From an uncultured bacterium (lineage in GTDB: Bacteria > Patescibacteriota > Patescibacteriia > Patescibacteriales > UBA12465), in assembly GCA_938003925.1 (NCBI GenBank), contig CALKWQ010000047.1, positions 1,048 through 65,047 on the forward strand: a DNA stretch of 64,000 nucleotides, in the 5' to 3' direction. The position numbers and the translations under genes were made by a program. Shown one piece after another: positions 22,865 through 34,106 of this stretch. The notes below the pieces were generated by a model that saw nothing but the letters and a program-made list of their open reading frames with translations, was not told where the DNA came from and searched no databases. Every line of letters starts with the position of its first letter. The first letter of the stretch is position 1.

Positions 22865-24190
22865 TTAGTAATCTCTGAGCTTCTCTAAGCCTTTGAGCTT
22901 GCGAATCTTTTCCAAGGCTTTGCTCTCAATCTGGCGGATACGTTCACGGGTCACCTCAAACTCCTGGCCCACCTCTTCCAAAGTGTGAGCTACCCCATCG
23001 GTAAGACCGAAGCGCATCTCTAGAATCTTCTGTTCACGAGGGGACAATTGTGCCACAATATTTTTCACGTAATCACGGAGTAATTGCAAAGCTGCTGCCC
23101 GATCAGGAGTGACATTCTTCACATCTTCGATAAAATCTTCCAAGGTAGAATCCTCTTCGTCATCACCAATACTAGTCTCTAAAGAAATAGTGTCCTGAGA
23201 AATCTTGATAATATAACGCACCTTTTCAATATCTTCGCCCATCTCTGAAGCAATTTCCTCTGCTAAAGGCTCACGCCCTAATTCCTGAATCAAGGTGCGC
23301 TGTACTTGCTGGAACTTATTAATAGTCTCCACCATGTGTACAGGAATACGGATGGTGCGACTCTGGTCGGCTAAAGCGCGAGTAATAGCCTGGCGAATCC
23401 ACCAGGTAGCGTAAGTAGAAAACTTATAACCCTTACGGTATTCAAACTTCTCCACCGCCCTAAACAAACCAATATTACCTTCCTGAATCAAATCTAATAG
23501 ACTTAGTCCTTTTGCCCCGGCAAACTTCTTGGCAATAGACACTACTAAACGGAGATTGGCTTCAATAATCTTCTTCTCCGCCTCTTTATCCCCCTTCTCC
23601 TTGCGTTTAGCCAGCTCTACTTCCTCATCACCACTTAATAGCGGCACCTTGCCAATTTCTTTAAGATACATCTGAATAGAGTCAGCGCTGAGCTTGGATA
23701 GATCAAAAGTCACCGCTGCCGCAGCTTTGGCTGAAGTGATGTTAGGATTCTTTTCCTGCACATCTAAAATCCTGCCTGAATCTTCGGCAATGCGAATACC
23801 GTTTTTCTGTAAGTCGCCTAAAAAAACATCAAATTCATAAACATATTCTTCTACTTCAGGAAAAAGATATAACAACTCGGTCTCGGTCACGAAACCACGA
23901 AGGCGCCCTTTGTCCAACAACTTCTTCAGCTGCAACTCATTAGGCTGCACCACTTCCCGCGGCGCTCTTTCTTGTACTTTAGGCTTCACCGGCGCCTTCT
24001 TAACCGCTACCGCCTTGCGCACCACTTTAGCCGCCGGCTTTTTGGCTGCCAGCTTGGATACAACCTTCTTAGCGGGTAGTTTTTTAAGCGGCGCTTTTTT
24101 AGCCACCGGTTTTTTGGCTACCACCTTCTTGGCCGGCACTTTTTTGGCAGTTTTTTTCATGGGTTTTTTTAAATTTTTCTTAGTAGCCAT
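22865..24190 (-). CDS. rpoD: RNA polymerase sigma-70 factor RpoD, 441 aa, with a Lys/Ala/Pro-rich N-terminal tail
   Basis: Region 2 is [16 protein letters not shown]. Regions 3 and 4 include [24 protein letters not shown]. The gene follows dnaG, as in the classical operon. Confidence 0.95.
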   Translation of the reverse strand: MATKKNLKKPMKKTAKKVPAKKVVAKKPVAKKAPLKKLPAKKVVSKLAAKKPAAKVVRKAVAVKKAPVKPKVQERAPREVVQPNELQLKKLLDKGRLRGFVTETELLYLFPEVEEYVYEFDVFLGDLQKNGIRIAEDSGRILDVQEKNPNITSAKAAAAVTFDLSKLSADSIQMYLKEIGKVPLLSGDEEVELAKRKEKGDKEAEKKIIEANLRLVVSIAKKFAGAKGLSLLDLIQEGNIGLFRAVEKFEYRKGYKFSTYATWWIRQAITRALADQSRTIRIPVHMVETINKFQQVQRTLIQELGREPLAEEIASEMGEDIEKVRYIIKISQDTISLETSIGDDEEDSTLEDFIEDVKNVTPDRAAALQLLRDYVKNIVAQLSPREQKILEMRFGLTDGVAHTLEEVGQEFEVTRERIRQIESKALEKIRKLKGLEKLRDY

Positions 24191-24194
24191 AGAG

Positions 24195-25997
24195 TTAGAG
24201 ACTATGCAGCGAGTTAAGCTGCTCGGACAAATTTTTTATTTCTGCCATCAAAAGATCTATTCCCTCTTCATTACCACCGGCCTCAGCGGCTCCAATCTGA
24301 TCCTGTAAAGACTTAATACGCCGCTTCAGGCCAAATCTTTTCAATTCGAGTAAGATTTTGGCAATTTCTGCCTTCAACTGATTCAAGTCATGTTCGTAGT
24401 AGTCCTTTTCTCCTAAGAGCGCGAGACGGTCACAAATTTCTACACTACCATCGGCCTGTTCTTGCAAATATAAGCGAAAAGAATTATATTCCAGCAAGGC
24501 AAATTTATTATAATAGATAATCAAGTTCTTGTAAAACGCCTGGACGCCTTCACCCTCTAAATCATCAGGCTCTAGGTGGGAAGCGGTATACATAATGAAA
24601 TCAGGCGCTTTTAGTAATAAGGCGAGTAAAATTTCTGATAAGCGTTCTTCCCTGGTGGCACTGACAACAGGGGCCGCAGCGGGCGGCTGAACCGGACCCA
24701 CGGTCACCGGAGCCTTAGTCTGAAGACTAACTACGCTTTCCCGCAAAACCTGTTCGGATAAACCAATACTTTCAGCTAAACGCTGAAACCAGTAGTCCTG
24801 ATCCATCTTATTAGCCAACTTCACAATCATTTCTAGCATCAGGCGCGCCACTTCTTTTTTGTCTGTTAGCTTGCGTAAATCCTTGTCGGCTTTAACTTTA
24901 TCAAAATAATATTCCATCATCGGCTTAGCTTTGATAAGCGCCTGCTTAAACTCCTCCGGATTAGCTCGTAAGCACTCATCGGGGTCTTTGTACTGTCCGG
25001 GCAAGATGATAATCTTAATATTCATATCCAGACCCATCGCTTCACGAATACCGCGATCGGCTGCCAGTTGCCCCGCCTTATCCATATCGAAAGACAGAGC
25101 TAAATTACTACTAAACCGCTTAATCAAGCCTAGCTGTTCTCCGGTTAGAGCAGTGCCGGAAGAAGCTACGGTATTGCTAAAACCGTGCTGATGACAGGCA
25201 ATAGCGTCCATCTGCCCTTCCACCACAATAGCAAAGCCGCGCTCCTTAATGTCCTTCTTAGCCTTATCTAAAGCAAACAATACCCGGCTCTTGTCATAAA
25301 CTTCGGTCTGAGGACTGTTGATATACTTCCCTCCCGGCACACTGTCTTGCTTGCCTGGATTAACGCGAGCGGTAAAGGCAATAATATTGCCACTGGTGTC
25401 TTTAATGGGAAAAACGATACGATCACGGAAACGATCATAGGTACTGCCCCGTTCACTGCGTCCAGCTAGGCCCGCAGCAAAAATTTCAGCATCGCTAAAT
25501 TTCTGACTGCGCAAATAATCAATCATGGCAGTCCAAGTGTCAGGACTATAACCAACCTGCCAAGCCTTAATCGTGTCAGCGCTTAAACCGCGTTTTAACA
25601 AATAGGCTTTCATTTTTTGACCCGTCACATCACTTTCCAAATAACGGACATACTGCTCCGCGGCAACGCGCAAACAATCTAAAACCCGCCCCCGCCGAGA
25701 ATGCTCTTGCGGCGATTCTTGACGCAAGACCACGCCGGCCTTAGGCGCCAACAAACGCAAAGTATCAGGAAAGCTCAGACCTTCCATTTCTTGAACAAAA
25801 GATAAAATATCGCCACCCTTGCCGCAACCAAAACAATGCCAAATCTGTTTATCAGGAGAAATTACAAAAGACGGGGATTTTTCCCGGTGAAAGGGGCAGA
25901 GCGCCTGAAAGTTGACGCCAGCGGCCTTCACCTGGATGTATTCCCTAATAACCTCCACAATATCCAGTTTGCTCTTAATCTCTTCGGCGGGAGACAT
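24195..25997 (-). CDS. dnaG: DNA primase DnaG, 600 aa
   Basis: The zinc finger is [30 protein letters not shown]. The TOPRIM motif is [11 protein letters not shown]. Confidence 0.95.
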   Translation of the reverse strand: MSPAEEIKSKLDIVEVIREYIQVKAAGVNFQALCPFHREKSPSFVISPDKQIWHCFGCGKGGDILSFVQEMEGLSFPDTLRLLAPKAGVVLRQESPQEHSRRGRVLDCLRVAAEQYVRYLESDVTGQKMKAYLLKRGLSADTIKAWQVGYSPDTWTAMIDYLRSQKFSDAEIFAAGLAGRSERGSTYDRFRDRIVFPIKDTSGNIIAFTARVNPGKQDSVPGGKYINSPQTEVYDKSRVLFALDKAKKDIKERGFAIVVEGQMDAIACHQHGFSNTVASSGTALTGEQLGLIKRFSSNLALSFDMDKAGQLAADRGIREAMGLDMNIKIIILPGQYKDPDECLRANPEEFKQALIKAKPMMEYYFDKVKADKDLRKLTDKKEVARLMLEMIVKLANKMDQDYWFQRLAESIGLSEQVLRESVVSLQTKAPVTVGPVQPPAAAPVVSATREERLSEILLALLLKAPDFIMYTASHLEPDDLEGEGVQAFYKNLIIYYNKFALLEYNSFRLYLQEQADGSVEICDRLALLGEKDYYEHDLNQLKAEIAKILLELKRFGLKRRIKSLQDQIGAAEAGGNEEGIDLLMAEIKNLSEQLNSLHSL

Positions 25998-26000
25998 AGG

Positions 26001-26480
26001 TTAAGAAAATAATTTTTGCCACCAACGCTTAGTAGCAATTGGGGCTACTGGTCCTAAAACAGGAGCAGACAAACTACGCAAAACATCGCCGTGAGTAGCC
26101 ATAGTTGGCCTACCAGTGGTCGTAGCGACAGTCGGAGATGATTTATCTTTACTCGCCCCTACAACTTCAGTCTGGCCCAATAAGGAGCGTAGGCGGTTAG
26201 CCTCTTCAGTTACGAGTTCCCCATCATAATCAGCGCTATGACGGGTCTGACCAACGTAGCTAGCCCGCTTGTGATCCAAGTGGAGATTGAAAAATAGCGT
26301 GTCGGTGCCAGGCAGAGGCTGAACATAGAGGTGAAAACGGGGATAGAAGTCACGACTAAAACGACGGGCAAAACTGGTTTCTCCGCTCTGACGGTCAACT
26401 AATAGAGCATAACCGCTACGACGCAGCCACTGCTCCGGAGACAGGCCTCCTAATTGTGCAGACAGTACTTTAATTTTCAT
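26001..26480 (-). CDS. Hypothetical protein, ~159 aa
   Basis: ORF with core-like composition. The likely start MKIKVLSAQ at 26480 overlaps the upstream gene end. No family recognised. Confidence 0.5.
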   Translation of the reverse strand: MKIKVLSAQLGGLSPEQWLRRSGYALLVDRQSGETSFARRFSRDFYPRFHLYVQPLPGTDTLFFNLHLDHKRASYVGQTRHSADYDGELVTEEANRLRSLLGQTEVVGASKDKSSPTVATTTGRPTMATHGDVLRSLSAPVLGPVAPIATKRWWQKLFS

Positions 26481-26943
26481 GGCGGCTTTTGCGAAACACA
26501 ATGAATTTATAAGTAAAAAAATTCATGATACCCAAAAAAAGATTAACTATTAACTGAGACAGTAGATACCAAATGCCAAGATTATTAACCAGTAAATGCA
26601 TGCCAAAGCCGTTAAGATTCATATTTAGAAAGGCTGCTCCCACATACAACACTAATTGCCGAGGTAGGCGCTTGTGGCTGTAATTACGGAAAGTCCATAA
26701 TTTCTGTAGACTAAAGCTCACCAAAAAAGAAAATAGAAAAGCTGCCGAAGTGGCCAACACAATATCTAAATGCCACAGACCGTGAAAAATGAACAAAGCA
26801 ATTAAATCAACCGTCCCAGCAAAAGCACCAGCTATAAAAAATTTAATAATCGCCTTACGTCGTTCGCAAAAACAGAATAAGCGCGGACAGCGGCTAGTTA
26901 AAAAAACACGGAAACGGAGATATAAACGATTAATAGTAGGCAT
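26470..26943 (-). CDS. GtrA-like small membrane protein, 157 aa
   Basis: Four hydrophobic segments. FFIAGAFAGTVDLIALFIF and FxTYKFIVF resemble the GtrA family pattern. Confidence 0.6.
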   Translation of the reverse strand: MPTINRLYLRFRVFLTSRCPRLFCFCERRKAIIKFFIAGAFAGTVDLIALFIFHGLWHLDIVLATSAAFLFSFLVSFSLQKLWTFRNYSHKRLPRQLVLYVGAAFLNMNLNGFGMHLLVNNLGIWYLLSQLIVNLFLGIMNFFTYKFIVFRKSRHEN

Positions 26944-26951
26944 AGATTAAA

Positions 26952-27872
26952 TTACCACTGGCAATAAGTAAAGGCCCAAGAGGCGAGCAAGCGGGCTTGG
27001 CGGAAGCGTTCATTTTTACCGCCAGCATCTAAAACAGCAACGATTACACTCCGACCTTGAGCATCGCGGAAACGACCAACAAAACAATATCCAGCCAAAT
27101 CAGTATAGCCAGTCTTACCCCCTAAAGCTTGTAAGCCATCCGGTAACTCACCGTCTAGTAACCAATCGGTTGCTTCCAGGTGTTTAGCGACTCCCTGCTG
27201 GGTGTTAAAGCTATAAACCGGTAGTACTGCTGCCGCCGCAATATCGGGCTGATTTAGCGCTACTTGCGCCAAACGCGCCACATCTTTAGCATCAGATAAA
27301 TTATTATTACTCAAACCGATAGGATCAACGAAAGCGGTTTGCATTAAACCTAAATCGGTGGCTTTTTGATTCATAGCTGCTACAAAATCCTCATCGCTTA
27401 AACCGGTGACTCGAGCTAAAGCTAAAGTAGCACCATTATCAGAGGCAACCAAGCTAGCATAAAAGAGATCTTTAACACTCACGGTCTCACCTAAAAATAG
27501 ATTTACCTTGCCACCCTCTACCGCATCATCACGCTTAATGGTATAAGTCTGTTCCCAGCCAGGATTGTGTTCTAAAAACACTAAGGCTGTCATGAGTTTA
27601 GTGATACTGGCTAGTGGTTGGCGACGATTAGCATCTTTAGCGCTCAGCCAAACGTGTCCGTCATCGCTTAAAATAGCTACACTCCTGGCGGCCACCGTTG
27701 GTGCCGCCTGACTAATCGCTGGACGCTGAGTATCGGTGTTGGTTGGCAAGTGGCTAGAATTATTAGTGCAGGCATCAGTTCCTCGCCAAGCACCGCTGGC
27801 ATAAACCACAGCCACGGGCGGCGTCCACAAAGATAAAGCCACGGCAATTATGTTAGCCACTAAACTTAACAT
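26952..27872 (-). CDS. D-alanyl-D-alanine carboxypeptidase (PBP5/6, peptidase S11 type), 306 aa
   Basis: SxxK motif LASITKLMTA, SxN motif ASDNGA and KTG motif GGKTGYT. Confidence 0.85.
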   Translation of the reverse strand: MLSLVANIIAVALSLWTPPVAVVYASGAWRGTDACTNNSSHLPTNTDTQRPAISQAAPTVAARSVAILSDDGHVWLSAKDANRRQPLASITKLMTALVFLEHNPGWEQTYTIKRDDAVEGGKVNLFLGETVSVKDLFYASLVASDNGATLALARVTGLSDEDFVAAMNQKATDLGLMQTAFVDPIGLSNNNLSDAKDVARLAQVALNQPDIAAAAVLPVYSFNTQQGVAKHLEATDWLLDGELPDGLQALGGKTGYTDLAGYCFVGRFRDAQGRSVIVAVLDAGGKNERFRQARLLASWAFTYCQW

Positions 27873-28417
27873 GCTGTTTCCTCCGCCGCTAAGAGGGTAT
27901 TTAGTGCTTCTGGGTGGTGTAAACGCTCGTAATCGGGCAGTTCTTTAATATTATTCAAACCTAAGAAACGGACAAAATCTAAAGTAACCTGATAATAGTT
28001 TTCGTTTTTCTGTTTGTCAAAAGTTTCTTCCACTAAACCGCGCAACAACAAGTTGCGGATAATCAAACTGCAGTTAACCCCACGGATACGTTCCAGCTCT
28101 AATTTGCTCACCGGTCCACGATAGGCAATAATAGTCAGAGCTTCTAAGCTAGGTTGAGATAATTCGCTATTGGCTTCGCTCTTTAAAAAATCCTTAATTA
28201 AAGAAGCGTGTTCGCCGGCGCTAGACAGCTGATAATTATTAGCCGCGCTCACCAAGCGCCAGCCACGTTGCGACTGTTCATACTCAGCACTCAGCTCTGC
28301 CAGAGCCTGTTCGGTTTCCGCCGTCTTTAAGCCGACGGCCACGCTTAACTCTTTCAAGCTAACCGGCTTATTGGCTACTAGGAGCAAAGCTTCTAACTGT
28401 GAAGAAATCTTGGACAT
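27866..28417 (-). CDS. scpB: Segregation and condensation protein B
   Basis: QLEALLLVANKPVSLKEL...EALTIIAYRGPVSKLELERIRGV is a ScpB winged-helix repeat pattern. The gene is adjacent to scpA. Confidence 0.85.
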   Translation of the reverse strand: MSKISSQLEALLLVANKPVSLKELSVAVGLKTAETEQALAELSAEYEQSQRGWRLVSAANNYQLSSAGEHASLIKDFLKSEANSELSQPSLEALTIIAYRGPVSKLELERIRGVNCSLIIRNLLLRGLVEETFDKQKNENYYQVTLDFVRFLGLNNIKELPDYERLHHPEALNTLLAAEETAC

Positions 28418-28440
28418 AAGAAAAAAATGGCAAAAATTAT

Positions 28441-29157
28441 TTATATTTTCAAGACTCTGATTTCGCTAAACAACTCTTCTTGTTCAAACACGAGCTCGCG
28501 TTGTTTGGCTAATTCCAACACTGCCAAAATATTTACAATTACCTCCACTCGCGACTGTGCCTTTTCTAAAAAACGTTGAAAACTCAAAGACAATTGATCA
28601 GCCAGCAAAGCTCTAATGTGTACAATGCGTTCATCAATACTAATTTTTGGCTCCAACCTCTCTTCCGGTAATTTTTTTTCGGCTGGCCGCAAACGCCCTA
28701 ACAATTGACGCCAAGTGTTAGCCAAATCCACAGCGGTAAGTTTAGTCGGCGGCGCAAACACCGCTTCTAGCTGCAAACCGCGACGACCACCTTTTGCAAA
28801 CACCGGAGCAAACAGCATTTGTCCGCGGCTAATTAGAGATTGCACTTGCAAGCTAGCCTCTACAAACTCTTTATACATCCTTAACTGTCGTTCTAAATCG
28901 CTAATGTCCTCTTCCTCAGATTCGGTGCTAAGATAAGGCAGGAGCGCCTTGGATTTGATATATAACAGACGAGCAGCAATGACTAAAAAATCAGCAATCT
29001 CCTCCGGATCAATATTTTCAGCCTGTTCTACGTAGGCAACATACTGATCAGCAATAGTAGCCAAAGCGATTTCGGTGATATCCATCTGCTCGCTCTCAAT
29101 GAGCTGCAGTAACAAGCCTAAAGGCCCTTGGAATTTGTCGGTACTAAAATCAATCAT
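28441..29157 (-). CDS. scpA: Segregation and condensation protein A (kleisin)
   Basis: The N-terminus FQGPLGLLLQLIESEQMDITEIALATIADQY is typical ScpA. Confidence 0.85.
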   Translation of the reverse strand: MIDFSTDKFQGPLGLLLQLIESEQMDITEIALATIADQYVAYVEQAENIDPEEIADFLVIAARLLYIKSKALLPYLSTESEEEDISDLERQLRMYKEFVEASLQVQSLISRGQMLFAPVFAKGGRRGLQLEAVFAPPTKLTAVDLANTWRQLLGRLRPAEKKLPEERLEPKISIDERIVHIRALLADQLSLSFQRFLEKAQSRVEVIVNILAVLELAKQRELVFEQEELFSEIRVLKI

Positions 29158-29159
29158 AA

Positions 29160-30080
29160 TTATTTAATCATGGCCTCCGCCTCGGTCTTGCCCCATAACT
29201 GCCCTTCTAAACAATCATAGCCGGCCTGATGGTTTTTACTGCCCAAACCGGTTGGCCTGGTGGCCTCATCTTCATCGCTGCTGGCGGTACGAAAGGTAGC
29301 ACAAAAAGAAAATTTCTTTTCACCTTCAACCTGATAGACAATCATCTGTTTTGTTTCCGGGTCTACCATGCTTTTAGCGTCAAAATAAATATCGGCGCTA
29401 TCTCTAATCTCCTCCAAGCTAACCGGCAGCCTTTCATAGGTAGCATAATAACTATTAACCGCATTTTCCAGCTGATAAATATTGTTAACCACCATCTGGT
29501 CCAGACGCTTAGCCCTCGCTATTTGGGGTGACTCCACAAAAAACCAAGCCGCCACAAAAGCTGCCACCACAAAAGCCGCTGAAACCCAAGCAAACAGACG
29601 CATCACTATATCCTTAGACTTTACCGACTGACGCTTGATGTCGTAGAAATAAAAAGAAAAAACCGTTGCCGCAATCACGAGCATCGTAGCTGCTTTCAAT
29701 AAGAAACGAACGGTAAGTTCGCCGGACAAAAAATTATTAATCACTCCAATAAACACACCCAGGATAATAACCGAAGATACTAGGATGATGAAATAAGTCA
29801 ACCAGCGACGCAAAGGCGAAGCTAATTCTAATTCTTGTTTATGCAAACCCTGATTTAACAAACGGGAGAGGAAATAATAAGTCGGACCAGCAATAAAGAG
29901 TGCCGAGATAGCAAATTTGAGCTGGCCATCTACACTGTTATAGCTATTATAATTTAAAGCATCGGCGACCGTCTTATCAATAATACCAAACACAATCATA
30001 CCAACTGATAGCGCCGTAAAGATCAGTGCGGCCAACGAGAGCAAGTAATAAAAAGCGTATTTCGCGTTGTGACTGCTCAT
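29160..30080 (-). CDS. Integral membrane protein, 306 aa (DUF5671-like)
   Basis: Five to six hydrophobic helices in the N-terminal 200 aa followed by a soluble C-terminal domain. The family call is from memory only. Confidence 0.5.
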   Translation of the reverse strand: MSSHNAKYAFYYLLSLAALIFTALSVGMIVFGIIDKTVADALNYNSYNSVDGQLKFAISALFIAGPTYYFLSRLLNQGLHKQELELASPLRRWLTYFIILVSSVIILGVFIGVINNFLSGELTVRFLLKAATMLVIAATVFSFYFYDIKRQSVKSKDIVMRLFAWVSAAFVVAAFVAAWFFVESPQIARAKRLDQMVVNNIYQLENAVNSYYATYERLPVSLEEIRDSADIYFDAKSMVDPETKQMIVYQVEGEKKFSFCATFRTASSDEDEATRPTGLGSKNHQAGYDCLEGQLWGKTEAEAMIK

Positions 30081-30106
30081 AGATTTTTAATTAGTTAATA
30101 AAAAAA

Positions 30107-31495
30107 CTAAAACTTAGCATTTTTAGGCGTACGTGGAAATGGAATCACGTCGCGGATATTAGCCATGCCGGATAAATACATAATCGCCCGCTCAAAGCCC
30201 AAGCCAAAACCGGCGTGCTTAATAGAACCATACTGGCGTAAATCTAAATACCAGCGATAATCCTCTGGATTCATTCCCATCTCAGCAATACGTTGCTCTA
30301 AGCGCTCGTAACGCTCTTCTCTTTGGCTACCCCCGATAATTTCTCCAATACCGGGAACTAGTAAATCCATAGCCGCTACAGTTTTATCGTCTTCATTCTG
30401 GCGCATATAGAAAGCCTTGATCTCTTTGGGGTAATCAGTCAAGAACATCGGCTTGTTAAAAATCTTCTCAGCCAGATAGCGCTCATGTTCGGTTTGCAAA
30501 TCAATACCCCAGCTTACAGGATAAGCAAACTTTTCGCCGCTCTTGATCAATAAATCAATAGCTTCGGTGTAGGTAACACGCCCAAAATCAGCCGCTGCTA
30601 CCGCCTGCAATCTAGCAATCAGACCGTTATCAATAAACTGGTTGAAAAATTCCATCTCTTCGGGCAATTCCTGCAAAACATAATTAATCAAGTATTTTAA
30701 CATCTTCTCCGCCAAATCCATGTTGTCTTTCAGCTCCGCAAAAGCCACCTCCGGCTCCACCATCCAAAACTCAGAGGCATGGCGGGTAGTATTAGAGTTT
30801 TCCGCCCGAAAGGTTGGCCCAAAAGTATAGACTTTATTCAAACCCATAATCAGAGCTTCCGCGTTGAGCTGACCACTGACAGTTAAACCTGCCTTCTGAC
30901 CAAAAAAATCTTTACTAAAATCAACTTGCCGCTCTGGATCTAAAGGCATTTTCTGCAAATTCAAAGTCGTCACCTGAAACATTTCCCCCGCCCCCTCACA
31001 ATCACTGGTAGAAATAATTGGTGTGTGCACGTAAGCAAAACTCTCTTCTTGAAAAAATTTATGAATCGCGTAACTCAAAGCGGAGCGCAACCGAAACACC
31101 GCCGCAAAGGTATTGCTGCGCGGACGCAAATGAGCAATCTCCCGCAGAAACTCAAAGCTGTGGCGCTTCTTTTGCAAAGGATAATCTTCTTTAGCCTCAT
31201 TAATCACCACCACCTGCCGTGCCTGCAACTCAAAGGGTTGCCCAGCTGCTGGTGACGGAATCAAGGTGCCCCGCACCTCTAAAGAAGAACCGATGTTAAT
31301 ATTCTCTAAAGTGCTGAAATTGTCTAAGTCGCGATTTAAAACCACCTGTAAACCTTTAAAAAAACTGCCGTCATTGAGTTCAATGAAAGCGACCTCCCCT
31401 GAGGAACGAGCTGTACGTACCCAGCCGCCAACAGTTACTTCTTGTTGCAAATAAGTCTCTGTCTGGCGATAAAGTTGTTTAATGGCAATATACAT
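30107..31495 (-). CDS. asnS: Asparaginyl-tRNA synthetase
   Basis: [21 protein letters not shown], class II motifs, and the C-terminal [10 protein letters not shown] typical of AsnRS. Confidence 0.9.
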   Translation of the reverse strand: MYIAIKQLYRQTETYLQQEVTVGGWVRTARSSGEVAFIELNDGSFFKGLQVVLNRDLDNFSTLENINIGSSLEVRGTLIPSPAAGQPFELQARQVVVINEAKEDYPLQKKRHSFEFLREIAHLRPRSNTFAAVFRLRSALSYAIHKFFQEESFAYVHTPIISTSDCEGAGEMFQVTTLNLQKMPLDPERQVDFSKDFFGQKAGLTVSGQLNAEALIMGLNKVYTFGPTFRAENSNTTRHASEFWMVEPEVAFAELKDNMDLAEKMLKYLINYVLQELPEEMEFFNQFIDNGLIARLQAVAAADFGRVTYTEAIDLLIKSGEKFAYPVSWGIDLQTEHERYLAEKIFNKPMFLTDYPKEIKAFYMRQNEDDKTVAAMDLLVPGIGEIIGGSQREERYERLEQRIAEMGMNPEDYRWYLDLRQYGSIKHAGFGLGFERAIMYLSGMANIRDVIPFPRTPKNAKF

Positions 31496-31514
31496 AAATA
31501 AAAATTAATTAGTC

Positions 31515-32819
31515 TTAGGGGCGCAAACGTTTGACGTCACGAGGCAAGAAACAGACTTCCTTGACGTTCTCAGCGCCCACTATCTTCATTACTAACCTCG
31601 CCGGACCGATACCTACGCCACCATGAGGCGGACAACCGTAGCGAAAGAAGTTAAGGTAGTCCTTTAGCTCTTCTAAGACCATCTCTTTCTCTTGCGCCTG
31701 TTTCTCTAAGACCTCCAAACGGTGCTCGCGCTGAGCACCAGTGGTAACCTCCACCCCGCGATAAAGTAAGTCAAAACTCTTAGTTAAGCCGGGATTATCA
31801 GCATGACGCATATGATAAAAAGGTCTGGCCGCAATCGGGTAATCAGTTACAAATACAAAATCATGACCCTGCTCCTCTTTAATCAGGCGGCAAATTTCTC
31901 TTTCTTCTTCTGGCGATAAATCATGATCTTTTTCACTGGGCACTCCAACTGCCTGCAATTTAGCCTTCACTTCCAGTAAGGTAAGGCGAGGAAAAGGCAA
32001 ACTAGGCACGGTTACCTCTGGTAATACTTCCTGCACTTTAGTTAAAGCGCTAGCTAAAGCCCGTTCTTCTTGGTCCATGATATCGTGATGAGAGCTGATG
32101 TTAGCAAACTCAAAATCCCAACCGGTAAATTCTGTCACGTGACGACTAGTATAAGAAGCCTCGGCTCTAAAGACTGGGCCGGTCATAAACACTTTTTCAA
32201 AACCAGCAGCAATAGCCATCTGCTTGTAGAATTGCGGAGATTGTGACAGATAGGCTTTACGGTCAAAATACTTGACCTCAAATACTTCAGAACCAGTTTC
32301 ACTGGCCGTATTCATTAAACACGGAGTATAAATCTGTAAAAAATTCTCACTCAATAGTTGACTGCGGAATCCTTCCTCTAATTTAGTCCAGACCTGGAAG
32401 ATTAAACGGTGCTCAGGTCGACGTAAATCTAGCCAGCGCCAATCTAAACGATTCTCTAAATTAGCTTCGTTGTCAGCCTTAGCCAGCACAGGAATTGGCA
32501 AATTAGCCTCGGCTAAACTCAAAATTTCTAAATCAGTCAATAATAATTCAAAATCTTTAACCGGATTGGGGTCATTCTTTTTAGCCGGTTTCTCTTTGAG
32601 CTCTCCTGTGACCTTAATTACGCTTTCTAAAGTCAGGGTCTCAGCAGCTGCAAATGCCGCACCGCTCTTTTCTTCCACTACCAACTGCATATTGCCGCTC
32701 AAATCGCGCAGGTCAATAAAAGCTAAACCTTTCATCAGGCGCAAGTTATGGACGAAGCCGATGAGTTCCACGCTGCCCTCGGCCTGAGCCTTGGCGGCGG
32801 CAATACTTATTCTTGACAT
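31515..32819 (-). CDS. aspS: Aspartyl-tRNA synthetase, short archaeal/type-2 form, 434 aa
   Basis: Class IIb core without the bacterial insertion domain. The C-terminal FLPRDVKRLRP is typical of archaeal-type AspRS. Confidence 0.85.
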   Translation of the reverse strand: MSRISIAAAKAQAEGSVELIGFVHNLRLMKGLAFIDLRDLSGNMQLVVEEKSGAAFAAAETLTLESVIKVTGELKEKPAKKNDPNPVKDFELLLTDLEILSLAEANLPIPVLAKADNEANLENRLDWRWLDLRRPEHRLIFQVWTKLEEGFRSQLLSENFLQIYTPCLMNTASETGSEVFEVKYFDRKAYLSQSPQFYKQMAIAAGFEKVFMTGPVFRAEASYTSRHVTEFTGWDFEFANISSHHDIMDQEERALASALTKVQEVLPEVTVPSLPFPRLTLLEVKAKLQAVGVPSEKDHDLSPEEEREICRLIKEEQGHDFVFVTDYPIAARPFYHMRHADNPGLTKSFDLLYRGVEVTTGAQREHRLEVLEKQAQEKEMVLEELKDYLNFFRYGCPPHGGVGIGPARLVMKIVGAENVKEVCFLPRDVKRLRP

Positions 32820-32963
32820 ATTTTCACAATTTAATTATAAAAACACCCATTTTTAAAGGCTTTTTCACCTTTTTATCTTAACTCATTTCCCGGCTTTTAG
32901 CAAGTTGGGTTAAGGAGCTAATTTAAGCTGTTTCTCCAGTAAAAATCCAATAAACGCTGTCTG

Positions 32964-33704
32964 CTAACTCCCCAGCCAATTACTCAATTGTCCATTTAAA
33001 TATTCCCACTCTTTCAGCAGGCGTGGAGAAAATTTCACATTTTTCCACTGGCCGACCTCAACTAGACGAAGCAGCTTGATGCAATTATCAGACAACGGCA
33101 CCAGAGAACCATGACTGAAGTTTTTAACGGCTTGCCCAGAACAAGCAGCACAGATTAAACCCCCTTTATCCAAAGCAAAGTTATTCTTCCCTGCAGGTAA
33201 ATTTTGACCACAGGACACGCAAACTTGTAGTTGCGGACCATAGCCCAACAACGCAAATAAGCGCCAGGAAAACAGAGCTAAACGGAAGCGACCATCTTCT
33301 TTATTTAAAGTAGCCCCGTCGCTAGCACCATCTAAACTCAGCAGCCATTTCTCTAGCCAAACAAATAACTCCGGATCACGTTCGCCTTCTTTTACTAACA
33401 AATTAAAGCGTCTTAAGGCCTGACCAGCAAAATACAACTTATTTAAATCCTGTTTGATACCTAACAAGGGCTCAGTCATTAAAGCTGCACCTACATAATC
33501 AAAGCCCCTCCCCTTAACCACTAACAAACTGCTTAAACTGATGGGTTCCAGGTGAGGCGCTAATTTAGAACCTAATTTACGCGCCCCACGAGCTAAGAGG
33601 GTTAAGCTACCATAAGTAGGAGTATAAACAGAAACGAGGCGGTCAGCCTCGCGGTAATCACGCCTATTTAAAATAATCGCTGTGGTGGGAAAAGTAGAAT
33701 CCAT
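32964..33704 (-). CDS. recO: DNA repair protein RecO
   Basis: N-terminal OB fold (IILNRRDYREADRLVSVYT...GSLTLLARGARK) plus the zinc motif CVSCG...CAAC. Confidence 0.85.
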   Translation of the reverse strand: MDSTFPTTAIILNRRDYREADRLVSVYTPTYGSLTLLARGARKLGSKLAPHLEPISLSSLLVVKGRGFDYVGAALMTEPLLGIKQDLNKLYFAGQALRRFNLLVKEGERDPELFVWLEKWLLSLDGASDGATLNKEDGRFRLALFSWRLFALLGYGPQLQVCVSCGQNLPAGKNNFALDKGGLICAACSGQAVKNFSHGSLVPLSDNCIKLLRLVEVGQWKNVKFSPRLLKEWEYLNGQLSNWLGS

Positions 33705-33709
33705 AGTAA

Positions 33710-34105
33710 TTAGGTCGGTAACTTATCTAAATAATCTTGCAACAACAACGTGGCCGCAATCTCATCCCGGCCAGCCTTATCACGCTTAGCACCCGCTAAA
33801 GCATCAGCCGCCTTACTAGATAAGCGCTCATCTACTGTCACTACCGGCACCTGAGCCTGGGCCTGCAAATCACGCAGAAAACTTAAAAACAAAGGCGTGG
33901 AAGCGGCTTCACCAGCCATTTTCCGCGGTGAGCCAATAACAATTAAACCGACGTTTTCCGCCGCTACCACAGCTAACAGCGAACGTAAGTCGGGAACAGT
34001 CAGAAAAGGTAGTGCCATTTTTGTCTCTACATCAGCTAGAGCAAGGCCGATACGCTTCTCGCCCCAATCTACCCCTAAATATTGTTGGTCGCCGCTTAGA
34101 GCCAT
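33710..34105 (-). CDS. ruvX: Pre-16S rRNA nuclease / Holliday-junction-resolvase-like YqgF
   Basis: YLGVDWGEKRIGLALAD...VDERLSS. Confidence 0.85.
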   Translation of the reverse strand: MALSGDQQYLGVDWGEKRIGLALADVETKMALPFLTVPDLRSLLAVVAAENVGLIVIGSPRKMAGEAASTPLFLSFLRDLQAQAQVPVVTVDERLSSKAADALAGAKRDKAGRDEIAATLLLQDYLDKLPT

Positions 34106-34106
34106 A

